Below are positions 1-11,200 of a stretch of DNA of 36,820 nucleotides, piece by piece; the stretch's first letter is position 1, and each line of letters begins with the position of its first letter. Both the position numbers and the translations under genes were made by a program. This DNA is from Catajapyx aquilonaris (Eukaryota). The notes below the pieces were generated by a model. The model saw only the letters and a list, made by a program, of their open reading frames with translations, was not told where the DNA came from and ran no database searches. The DNA lies in NCBI GenBank assembly GCA_000934665.2, contig KZ539009.1, positions 1 through 36,820 on the forward strand, given 5' to 3'.

Positions 1-3000
1 GGATGATGTGGGGGGTTTAATGCTGGTTTTTTGTGGGAGGGGGGGGGGATATGTGATCAAATGGCAAATAGCCGGTAGGTCTGTAACCGACAACAATAGC
101 TCCGGGTTATGCACTGCCAATCAAGTGAAAGTGAGATATTGTCGGAGTATATGCAAATTGTGTAGTGTTTCACGTCAATTAATATTAGGGGGTAAATGTG
201 CATGAACTATATGAGAATTTTGGCGGGTAATCATTTTATTTTATATGGCTCGAAAATGCCACGCAATCAAAAGTGAGCTTCAAAATCATCGGTAAGAAAA
301 TTTCGACTCCAACAGTGTAATATTTTAACTCGTATCGAAAAGAAAGCATTTTTTACGTATGAAACATGAGTGCGTGTGAGTCGAATTTTGAGCAGCTCAA
401 AGGCGAACCTTGAGTGAAGTAATTGCCGTGGTTGAACTGAAAACCGCTCAAATTATTCTAGAGTGGAAGCATTACGCGTAATCACAGGTGTAATCATAAT
501 TGACTGACTCAGCGTGTTGTCATCTTTTAGTCAAACTTCTGTTGCAAACTTACTCATGACAGCACGTTGTTAAGTGACCAATCACGTACCATTACGTGAT
601 ATCAGCCTGAAATTGAACATATACCGTTACATCCGTGATGCGTGACTAAAAAAGGCGGAGGCACTTTTTTTGTTCACCGTACTGATTAGCCTTCATTCCA
701 GTTCATTTCAATGACAAAGTAATAAAAGGATGTACCGGACACCGGACCCACTCTACGGCGAATCGGCTCACAAAATACATTATTTATGGGACCGGAAACG
801 ACGTGGAAATGGCCGATTCGCACCCCCAACCCCCATCCAATGTAAAAAAGTGGCAAAATGTCTGGAAGTATTTTTCGACAGGTGCTTTCCACCTCACAAA
901 TTATATGCAAATCGGATTACACAAGAAGCACGTTTTTTTTGTATCCGTATATTTTTTTTCCGGACGCTTTTTTTTTTTTTTTTGCTGGAAATTCAATCAA
1001 AGTGGGTAATGAAAGAGTGCGGATCCGGCTGTCTAATTATAGTAGAGGGAAAAGGCGCCGTCCGGAATAGCTAATAGAAAGATGGCATATTCGCGTTTTT
1101 TATCCTGTTTTTTTTTGGATGGGGGACGATAGCATTTTCGGAGAAGTGATAGCATGCAAGAGGCATTAGGCGTGATTAGGCTCCGGTTTGCCGCCACGCT
1201 CCATTAGCAAGCCTCAAGTGTAAAATGCCTGGGGTTTTGTTGCAGGCAGATGTTGCCTTTTACGGTTAGGCATCAACCGGATCTTGGCCGAACAGGCACC
1301 ACAGATTTGCCCAAAATACTATCAAAAAATGTTTGGCAGAAATGTGACATTGTAAATTTCAACAGGCCCACTGTACTTTTTTTTTTTTAAAAAAAAAAAA
1401 AATCATTTTTGGGATTTTTTGGCGGTTCCTGTGCCGGCTGGCTTGTAGTTAGAACCTGGGCTGAGACTGAAGCAATAAAGGCCAGTGTGGTGGAAAAGTG
1501 CACATCCTGGGAAGCTGCAGGCGATGGCAGCCACCATCTCCATCCATCTGCTTAAAAGCCCGGCTAATTTGAATGGGCCCTGCTGCTGTCTGCCCCCCGG
1601 AGGAGAATACTGTGCTGATTACCACCCCTTTCGCATAGGAGCCAGGAGACTACCAGGCTAATAATCGAGTTCGATGTGTATTTCCAACCGCTGGAAAAAA
1701 ATGGCGAGCAATGCATGGAGTCAACCTATATACAGACGCTAATCCATGGTGCTGTACCTCCTCTCTGCTGCCTTTTCCTTTTTTTTCTGTGGTGAAAATG
1801 ATGAAATGTAGCTTGTGAGCGCGGTATTACAGCGCGGATATGGCGCTTCATGTATGATAAATACGACGGAATCCTCTGTTGGGGCGCTGCTGCTGTGCTG
1901 CTGGAGTTGGCTCGTAGGCTTTTCATGCAACGCCGATCGATTCTGGCCCAGCCCCCCCCTACACTCTTAAAGGGAGAAGTATTCGTCCTGTGCTTTTCAG
2001 TTATTCAGTTATTAGTCATTTATTGCGCCAGCAATATTTTTTTGGAGGCGATTTCATAGCTTATTTAAGCAGATTAGCTACTGACGACACAAGCTTTTTA
2101 AAGCATACATGATGTGGCCAGGTCTGTGCTTGGAAAGTAACGAGGTGCCCTTGCTTAGCCATTAGTAACATGTGTCACGTCAATAAGGCATGACGAATCT
2201 GATCGCACACGTGCACCCCCGTTAGATGCTGGCACATCACGTGGACCACGCATGGTGTACGTTGGAATCCGTCACATACACTGCATATATTGGAAGTGAT
2301 AAATTAATCGGGCCTAAATCCGTCAAATTAATCTACCTTATTCGTTGAAATCTGTCCCTCATACTTTCCTCCAGCACGAGTCTGATGTCTTTTGGTTCCA
2401 CCGATCGAAAGTGATGGATTACATTGTCGATCGGGCCCACAAACTCACGCGATTAACTTATGAGCCCGGGCGGCTATCAAAAAAATATTGGTTGCCGCGC
2501 CGGCCAATTTGGGGATTCATGAAAAGCCTCTTGTCGAGAGATTATGACGCGGAGATTTTCCCTGACACATATTCATGCTGCGAGAAGGCTGGGAGCCAAA
2601 GGGTGAAAATTAGCACTGACGAGGTAATGACATCAATCATCATCCGGAGTCACTCTAAGCTTATTTATACCGATCAGAAGCGTGTAAGAATTGGCTTGTT
2701 TTATAAGGCATATAGCTCATGACCTCAAGAGCTATGCCGGCGGTAGCAAATATTAGGTTGTGCCTTAGGCCCGACCTAATGGGGCTTAAAACTAGCTCGT
2801 GTCATGAATGAAGTTGAGAAGCGTCGCATTTGGCACCTAGTTCCAATAGAAGCCAGTGTTGGCGCTCGGGAACACTGGTCATGTTGCGGGCGCCGTCAGA
2901 AAGTGACGCTAATGGTGGATTCCCGGCTGGGAAAAGTCGTGTTTGTTGGCCCTTTTGCGTGATGCTAACTAATAATGCAGAGTCGCCGCCCGGTTGGGAA

Positions 3001-3575
3001 TGTATGTGCTGTTTTTCCACCCCCCCGTTTTTCATGTAATTGGGCGGACGTTCGCGGGATTTGTAACCGGCCCCTAGTCGTGATTTGGTGATTATTCGCA
3101 CCCGAGCCTTTATTCGCGAAAAAAAGAATAAAAGAGCTGGTCTTATCACAATGGAGAAATCGGGCTTTTTATTCTTGCCTTTCCGTTTGATCTGGCTTTA
3201 TGGGAGGCGTAATGCCGGCGGCGGGACATTTGCCACGACATTTCGGCGTTGCCGTGGACAGAAGGTCTTCATTTGTCATTGTCATGGCTACCGGGGGATT
3301 CATCTGTAATGGGGCCCTTCGTCGGGCTGGTACTGCCAACTGCGTTTTTCTAACGGTGTTGACGGCTTCGGATGCAATCGTGCTTCCAGCCAAACGCTGC
3401 TCTTTTCGCAATTTGTAGTCCGATACGATCTTCGGGAGCTTGGAGCCCCCAACATTGAAAAGGAGAGGTTGATTAACTCGGTGCCGGCGCAGATACATTT
3501 CGACACACCATTTTTTTCATCTCCTAGGACCGCTTTGTGTCTTTACTTACATTCTTGTACTCGCTGGTCATTTAA

Positions 3576-3639
3576 CATCTTGACAAGGTGATGTCTTACC
3601 TTCTATATGTAGAAGGTAAGACATCATCTTGCCAAGATG
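3576..3639. repeat. Near-perfect palindrome, 32-bp arms, no spacer
   Basis: Seen: CATCTTGACAAGGTGATGTCTTACCTTCTATA | TGTAGAAGGTAAGACATCATCTTGCCAAGATG. There are 3 mismatches, two of which are G-U pairs in + strand RNA. Confidence 0.95.
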
Positions 3640-3729
3640 GTTGAATATGTTTATCCTCAAGAAAAATGTCTCTATACGTACTATAGTACGTATAGAGACA
3701 TTTTTCTTGAGGATTTACATAATCAACCA
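3638..3729. repeat. Long palindrome: perfect 62-bp core (3653-3714), extendable to 92 bp with 3 mismatches
   Basis: Seen: ATCCTCAAGAAAAATGTCTCTATACGTACTA | TAGTACGTATAGAGACATTTTTCTTGAGGAT, flanked by TGGTTGAATATGTTT / TTACATAATCAACCA. Confidence 0.95.
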
Positions 3730-3813
3730 ATCACAACCTGCTCCACTGTGGCTTTTAACCAATCATCTCGCTCTCTTTTGGATTTCAACCAATCAGCTGG
3801 CTCCCATTTTGAA
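3725..3813 (+). promoter_or_regulatory. Three AACCAATCA (CCAAT/NF-Y-like) boxes at 32- and 30-bp spacing, followed by TTTGAA
   Basis: Seen: AACCAATCA at 3725, 3757 and 3787, and TTTGAA at 3808-3813. Regulatory function is inference; these could be internal repeats of a mobile element. Confidence 0.35.
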
Positions 3814-4966
3814 TTGGGGAGCATGCCTGACCTGACGCACTTGCCCTACTGCACAGCGTCTTCTCTACGGGATTAGACGTGGGAAAGCGCACCTACGGCT
3901 GTCTGTCTTGTCTTTTCCTTTTCCTAAGGTGGAAGAGGCGTTTTGCGGGCAGGCTCGTTAATCAAGACCCCAGGTTTCCCAAGTTTTCCCCTCCTCTCCC
4001 GGTGTTGCTGCAGCCTGGGGTCGATTTGCGGCCCAAATGAATCATAAGTTAATGCCAGTTGGCCTCAGAAGCCTCCCGTTTCAGTGTCAAAGGACCCCGC
4101 AAGTCTGATTTTCATGCCCGATAAATAAAGGACTAGGGGGTTCGTGGGAATGAAAAAAAAAAAAAAAGGTGGGTTACAAATGGGGAAGTTTTGCGATGCG
4201 TTCTTTTGTAATAAGCGTGACGTTTCGGATTGTTCTGGAAATTACAGTCTGGGATGTAACGGTAATGGTGACGGTAATGGGAAGAGATGGGATAAACGGT
4301 TGATTATGGGTGTTAGCTAAATGCCAGGGTGCTGTACGGTTCACGATGCAAAAATTATTGGCGAAATATTGCTAATTTAATACCGTCTTGATATTTACAC
4401 GGCTATATTGTGTTAAACGCTATCCCATTTCCTAGCCGTTAATTGAATCGACTAGCTGGGATTGCATCTGAAAACTTTCTCCTTTACAAGTACCCCTCCC
4501 CAAAAAAGCGAGTGGTTTGGTCCTGGACGATGAGCGTAACGAGGCCACTAAACCGGACTAAACGAGGAGCAAAAGTGACCGCAGACGAGCGGCAAACGGG
4601 CCCGTGTATGGAGCAGTTACACGCAGCAAAGCGGGGCCCGTTGCGGCTAATTAGCCACGCAATTTTATAATGCCCAGCGTGTCATATGTTAATCTGGCGG
4701 TGCGTCCAGTGGGGTGGGAGGGGGAAGCTGTTACATTTATTACAGTGGGGTGTAGGGGGGTGGGTGGGATGATAAAAATAATGACGTGTCGGCTGGTGCG
4801 GCGGACCAATGGAAAAATATGGGGTGGCAACGATTCAAGTGCATTGTGTAAAACAAGAGAGGGCCGCGTAATTAATCTATAGGGGGGGAGTGCAGCAGGA
4901 TAATGGCAGATAGTGTCGTACATCGTCCAAACCAAATTGTGGCGATTATAGCTCGTTGTTTTGCAG

Positions 4967-5014
4967 GTCGGATCCCATACCTTTCACGGCTACGGTGGAG
5001 ATGGACTGAATCGA
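4967..5014 (+). CDS. Weak candidate 48-nt exon (VGSHTFHGYGGDGLNR)
   Basis: Seen: acceptor ttgttttgcAG (4965-4966), 16 open codons in phase 0, then a weak donor CGA|GTAAAT. It is phase-compatible with exon A but could be chance. Confidence 0.2.
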
Positions 5015-6258
5015 GTAAATTAGATATGCACGACTTGGCCATAAACCAACGGTACTGGGTTTATATCATGTGATTCCAACTTCCATTTTTTGTGGTGGCT
5101 TACCACTGAGATTTGGCATTGCTGCGGAGTCGCAATAATGGGGCAGTTTAAGGCACATGCCTTTAATAAGGCCGTAATTTTTTAGATTGTATGGCAATGA
5201 TTGTAAAAGTCAGGGGGAGACTTTATTAAGGCGATATTTTGTGCATACAAGACATGTCAGACAGGTTCTTAAGCGGTGGCCATCGGATCACCCAAAAAAA
5301 GAAAAAGAATGTCGGATTGGTCGGGATGGTCAGCGATGCATTGCGGTTTTACGCATTGTTTTTGAAGGGGTGGGTTGTAAATAATTCCGAAATGGGCCAA
5401 ACCGCAAATGAGGGGATTAAAGGTGCAAATGGGCTGTACAGTACATCAAATTGATATGAACTCCGATTTAGCATGTGGCACACTGGATTATGAGAGATGA
5501 ACTGGATTTTTGAACAAATGGTTGCAAGATCGCCTCATGTAACGAACATAACTAACGTAATCAAACGGCTGGTACATATTGGGTTCGATTCTAGTTCCGG
5601 TTATCTTGTGTGTGACCTAATAGGACAATAGCGGAAAAGTGGGTAGAAAAATAGCACTGATGTGGACTAAATGATTTAAAAATATAAATCTCATGAGCCT
5701 GAATTATCATCCCAGCATTGTTCAGAGACATTTTCGTCTGGAAATGGGACAGGAAATTGATTTTTTCGTCTTCAAAACTGTCAGTTTTCTAACCAAAAAA
5801 TATTTCCTGGCCATGGTGTAAGCGGCTCTCAGTGGTAAATATAATAATTTTCACACTTTGACGGGGCATGAATTTTTAAAAATCGGACAATTTTTGCCCA
5901 CTCCAACTCTTGTGAAATGTTTCGCCACATTGCAAGTAATTTTAATGCTAATTGGTCCGATAACATATTGCTGATTACCACATAATATTAACCCGCCTTC
6001 CTGGTCCGAACCAGCCAGATCCAGTCGCCCACACGAGAAACCTGGCTCAATTTATTTACACACGAACTCGTCATTTGTCACGTAAACAAATTCACTCCAT
6101 TCTATTTATGGGAGACGTTCTCTCGTAAAATTAGCATCCTCGTGCAAGTGCGGTTCACTGACCTACGGAGCATCTGACATAGCTCTTTTTTGTTTTTGTT
6201 TTGTTAGGTGTGTTGCACTCCTCCTTCCTTCCACTTGACCATTTGTTCTCCATTGCAG

Positions 6259-6408
6259 AATGCCGTCAGGCACGCGGAGAACAACAACAAGAAAATGCCG
6301 GATCCTGCCGACCCCAAGCCAAAGCCCGACACGGGGCAGAAAACCCCGAGCAAAAAGAAAGCTGCCAACAAGACTACTTCGACCAAAAACAAGAAGAGCC
6401 CTTCCAAG
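6259..6408 (+). CDS. Exon A (150 nt, phase 0-0) of an unidentified large gene; NAVRHAENNNKKMPDPADPKPKPDTGQKTPSKKKAANKTTSTKNKKSPSK
   Basis: Seen: acceptor ttctccattgcAG (AG 6257-6258), branch-like CTTGAC at 6234-6239, donor AAG|GTAGGA at 6409. It encodes exactly 50 codons without a stop, with many C/G-ending codons (AAC, AAG, GCC, GAC). An in-frame ATG at 6295 in an AAAA-ATG context could be the start codon. No homology recognised. Confidence 0.8.
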
Positions 6409-6739
6409 GTAGGAAAACGTTTGTTGTTGTTGCTGCTGCTGGTCGCAATCGGTAGCAAAATACAGCCCGTCGGGTGAAGGGTGTATATGTGCACTAATTT
6501 GACAGGGTTTGGGTATTTAAAAAAGTGACGGACGATTAACAGCTTGTTGCCCCTACCTGCTGATCACGCAACATGCCATCACTAATGAGGCAATGTGTTC
6601 AGGGAGGTAAAATGTGCAGGGAAAACTCCACAAGCGCAACTATTTAAGTTATATTTTATGTGATATTGCACTACAGCCGATATTCCAGCAAAATTTCAGC
6701 GTGAGTTCTTGAAATATTTTGGGAAAAATGTAACACATT

Positions 6740-6850
6740 TAAAAATATTTTAATGGATGTTGAAAATAATTTAATCGGCGTTGAAAATACTTTCGTGGAT
6801 GTTGAAATTAATTTAATGAATAAACACTGAAAATATTTTAATGAATAAGT
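6740..6850. repeat. Degenerate ~21-bp AT-rich minisatellite (~5 units) within an AT-rich block (~6640-7000)
   Basis: Seen units: TTAATGGATGTTGAAAATAAT / TTAATCGGCGTTGAAAATACT / TTCGTGGATGTTGAAATTAAT / TTAATGAATAAACACTGAAAATATT. Confidence 0.75.
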
Positions 6851-8271
6851 AGGCATTGAATATAAATGTGCCGAATAAATATTGAAAATATTCCACATTT
6901 TTTATTTTTTTATTTTTAATGATTATTGGTTTGAATATACGGTACTGAAAATATTTTAATGCATACATATGAAAAATGATATAAAATGGGAGTATATAGC
7001 TGATATGCTGAGAGCACATTTTTGTTCACATGCTTTCCAATTGGAGTATCACAGTTTCTTGTAATTAAGATTTCTTTGGAGGGTGATGTAAGCATGTAAC
7101 ACCAACTTGGGTTAGAAATCACAGGGTGCTACGTGTTAACCTACAAGGAGCCGATTTGCGGGCATACCGCTATGGGGGACGGAAAAAAAGCCGAAATCCA
7201 ATTAGTAGAGTTACGTGGGGGAAGGTTTTATAAGGCCGTTGTTCCGTGCTGAGAATCAAGAAAGAAAAAAAAAGAAAAAAAGTTAAGGGAAGGAGATGAA
7301 GCGGGAAGTAATTACGAATGAGAGTCGCTAGAGGGAAATGGAATCGATACTTTTTTTTTGGAGGGGGGCGGGGGAGGGGGAGACAAAACGGCGGAGGAAT
7401 GTCAAGGAAGGGAGGAGATTTGCATTCTGCTTTTGGCCACTGGATGGATTGGCACTTGGGATTACCTCGCTCAAAATGCGGCACCGGTAAGCTTCAACCT
7501 TATGGATTTCCACCCCTGCTGACAGAAGGGATTCCATTTTTTGCAGGGGGGCCTCCAGGGGAAAACGTCGTTCTTATGGAAAAATAGAAGGGGGCAATTA
7601 ATAATCGGCTCGGTGGATGTATTATTACACGGGAGAATACCTGAGATGCTGCAAATTTACGGCTTCCCACATACACAGAATTGGTCATATCAGAATGATT
7701 TGTAGCTGCGATTGTGTGTGGATTCATTTTTTTCAACAACTATCCTTTCTAGGGACTGCAATGGCGCAATTGTTATTCCATAACAGGACGTCAATGCCTA
7801 ACTCAATTTGCACTCGGATCATTTTACCCATCTTCATTTATGAATTATTATCGCCCGTCAACTTGCCACTCCCTTCGTGATTGGGTTATACGCTTGTGAC
7901 TTCCGCCTCACACTTCCGTTGCAATATTGGACCTGATGTAGGAGGTTCCTGTCATTCATTTTGCCAGATAAGTTATATGCCATATTTTAACGCTATTTAA
8001 TTTTTAAAAGCTGTCTGGCGCGATTTTTTCGGGCGCCAGCGCCATCTCTGCGCCAGTAAGTGCACCACCAGCACCATAATTATTGTTTGGGCACCTGTCC
8101 GGCCAATAATGAATGGTCCGCAACAGTCGACGTGTGAACCCTAGAGTGCGCCACCTACACGTGGTCCACTCTGCGGAAGCATAAGTTCTGAGGTCCTACC
8201 CTCTTGATGTGATTTAGTAGGACCGATGATTTAGGTGGGTTGTAGGTGGTGGAGAACCGGGCCCGGTTAAC

Positions 8272-8286
8272 GCTGCCATCTGGCGG
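8272..8286 (-). promoter_or_regulatory. CTCF-like motif CCGCCAGATGGCAGC
   Basis: Seen: a close match to the CTCF core consensus. Similar sites are at 17429-17442 (-), 20122-20135 (+), 24945-24958 (+) and 32616-32629 (+). Confidence 0.35.
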
Positions 8287-11200
8287 GGGCCTGGTAGCTT
8301 GGCTCCACTCCATTCCTTTGCCATGCAAGCGGTGGAAATTAATCCCTGTAGACGTGCCCCACCTTTTCCGGGGGGGTAAAGGGAGGGGGGGGCAGGAGAG
8401 GGGGGGGTTGGTTAGCTGGAATTTACAGCAGCAGCATCCTAATTTTTCTAAGTGCACCATTTCCGCCACCACTTTACAAATTCTGGGGGGCCTCGAGCAA
8501 GCTACTCGCCCGAATTTCTAAAACGGTGTTGCTGAGGCGAAATTCCTGTTGGGAACGGGGGGCCTGGGATTACAGCGGTTGCCGTCCATTTGGTTTGCAC
8601 CTCTTTTCCACCCCTCCATCCTCCAGAGCTATTTTGCAAAACGTGCCTTCAATTCGCACTAACGGTGGGGAGAGGGTTGCCAGTCTTTGCAATTAGGGTA
8701 GTCAGGCTTATTAGAGGGGATGGTGCTAATTTGCTAGATGATTTTGAGTGAGCTGGCGGTTAATTTTAATGTATCAGAATCGTGGGTGCAATCAATGAAC
8801 ACTGCAGTTACATTCACACGTTCTGGAGGGGGGGAAAACTCATCAGAGACTGGCTGTAAAAGTCGTGTTCGTAAGAACTCGGATAAAGATCGTATCTCAA
8901 GTCATCGCGTTTGTAGCGTCGTTTATGCAGCAGTCAAAAAGAAGGCTGATAGGACCGGGAAGCGAGCCAAGAAAACAATCCTTGCTTGTAAACATTAGCG
9001 TGGAAAAATGCGGAGAATCATGAACCTGGCGGTTGTCGCCACATTTTAACACACGTGCCCATTGGTATTCCGGAAAGAGAGTCAATTGCAACTTGACAGA
9101 GACAGTTGTCAATATTTGGATAGCGTGAGCGTTGAATTCTCACTCTAAAATGGGTGTAGCTGGCTCCCATTTTTTTTTCCCGGCCCGGAGCGATACTTCT
9201 TGATTAAAATATAAACTGTATATTATAGCGGCGATGGAAACAGCGTGGGCTTATTAAGCAGGCGGTTTATAGGGCGGCTTGTTTCGCTTGCGGTTCGTTC
9301 TCTCTCTCTCTCTGGCAGACACGAAATCGATACGTCCGTGGGGCTTGCTTGCTTGCTGCGATGTTAGTAAGTTGGTGGTGCACGGCGCTGGCAAATGGAA
9401 ATCGCTGCCATTCTGCATGACTTAGCATTCCGGGCCAGGAGATGTGGCCGACCGCTAAAACGCTAAACAAACAGTCAGTGCGTCTGCAACACGGCTCCTT
9501 TTGGACCACCCCCACCCCCTCCAGACTTCAACTGGAATTTAAATAGCTTTGGCCACAAGCCACTCTCTCTAGCACGGGGGGNGGGGGGGGGGGGGGGTGA
9601 GAGTATGAATTTAAAGGCGTGACGTTTATAAATACCGAGTGTACTTCCATGTAGCGTGCACTTTTCGGATGAGTAATTTTTGTGAGATGTTCATACAGGG
9701 TTGTTAGCAGGGGTCTTCGGCCTTTGTGCTGGTTTTTTTCTGAGGATTAGTGCAAGTACTGTAGCTGACACATATTGGCACAGAGTAGGCTTACAACTGG
9801 TTAAATTTCAAATGCGATTAAATGTACAGTGTTCCGCTTACTGTACGTACATTATTACAGAAACAGGCAGAATGAAAATATAACATTAATATAAAATGCA
9901 ATTAAGCCATTTAAAAGACAAATGTCCAAATATATTTTCAGCAAACATCGGGTTTAATTGAATTTTTTTCTACAGAATTGAGCTGGGAGATGAATGAAAA
10001 AAAGGGCGGGTATTGTTGGTAGGCGAGGAGTCTTATAGAAGGAAGAAATTTCCATCTCTTGGGGTAGATAGAAAGCATGGTGGGGATGCATAAAGGGGGG
10101 AAGGGAGCCCTGCAGGCTCTTGTGAAGAATCAAGTATTGATTCACCCTCGTCACGAAGAGTTTTGGGACATGCAATATTATAAGACCCGGCTGGAAAGTG
10201 CCGCCTGTTTGTTAAAGGGCTGCGGAAAATCAGCCCTAGCAAGTCTGTTGAATCGCACTTGGCAGGTCTCAAGCCTCTGGAAATGTGTTTGCCAAAAGTG
10301 ACAGGCCTTTCAGTGGAGGTGTGGCGCGTGTTACGTTTAATACTGCAGAAGGAGAGAGAGATGGGGGGAAAAAAGTGTGCTGCCAGGAGAAACAGCTGGG
10401 CATTACAATAATGCGAGTTGTCGTATTGTAGTTTGCGACTTTATTACGTGGGCTTAATAGGGCGGAACGGTCCTTGCTTAATAATGTTATCAACAATCTG
10501 CTATCTCCATGCGACTGCCTTGCTGGCCCTGTTACATCAGCGTAATTGGGAGAAGAATTTTGACGAAAATAATTGGATTAGACTTAAGACTTACGAGCGA
10601 TTTCTATCTACAGCATATAATTGGACGCAACAGGTGCTGCTATACCTGCAGGTCTCACCTCGCACGAAAATCATGCTGTGTAAAATATATAGATTAGTGT
10701 AGTGAATTAAATAAGCTACTTATGTATAATGAAGCGAATATCACGATATAAATCAGACAGTTTGTATGCCCGGGTTACCTAACCCACTTCAGACTACTGA
10801 GAGTCCTGAAACTTGTCACACCGACGTCTTACGTGCTACTGATTCAGGGAAAAATTCGAACTGCACTTGTACGTAATAAAATGCGAATGATAAAAGTAAA
10901 TAGAAATAAATGAATTATAACAATAAAATCAGTTACGGTACTGTGAAATAATTTATCAGCGTTATAAAGTCTCTGCTGATAACAATATCATGCATGAACA
11001 ATTGAAGATCTGAGGTGACTTCGATGCATGGCTCACCTCCCAGTAAAACACCTTCGATTTACTAATGGTTCTCGCGTAAAACCAGCGTTGTCTCCTAGAT
11101 CTGCGAATGGATGGGCCAAATGGGAGCCGCAAAGAATAGTCATTGAGCCTGTATCTGGGTTTTGATTGAAAGGAGCGATTCCTGGGAGGCAGACAAGCTA

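Noticed and set aside
648..673. A-run / GC stem / T-run resembling a rho-independent terminator
   Set aside because: The stem is imperfect and the context is eukaryotic with abundant A/T runs.
6259..6408. Histone H1/H2B-like assignment for the Lys/Pro-rich exon (MPDP…K-rich)
   Set aside because: The resemblance is only compositional. No histone fold or globular domain follows, and the segment is bounded by splice sites.
3795..9173. Exact 16-mer AGCTGGCTCCCATTTT at 3795 and 9158
   Set aside because: One 16-bp match in 37 kb is not clearly beyond chance, and the flanks do not extend.
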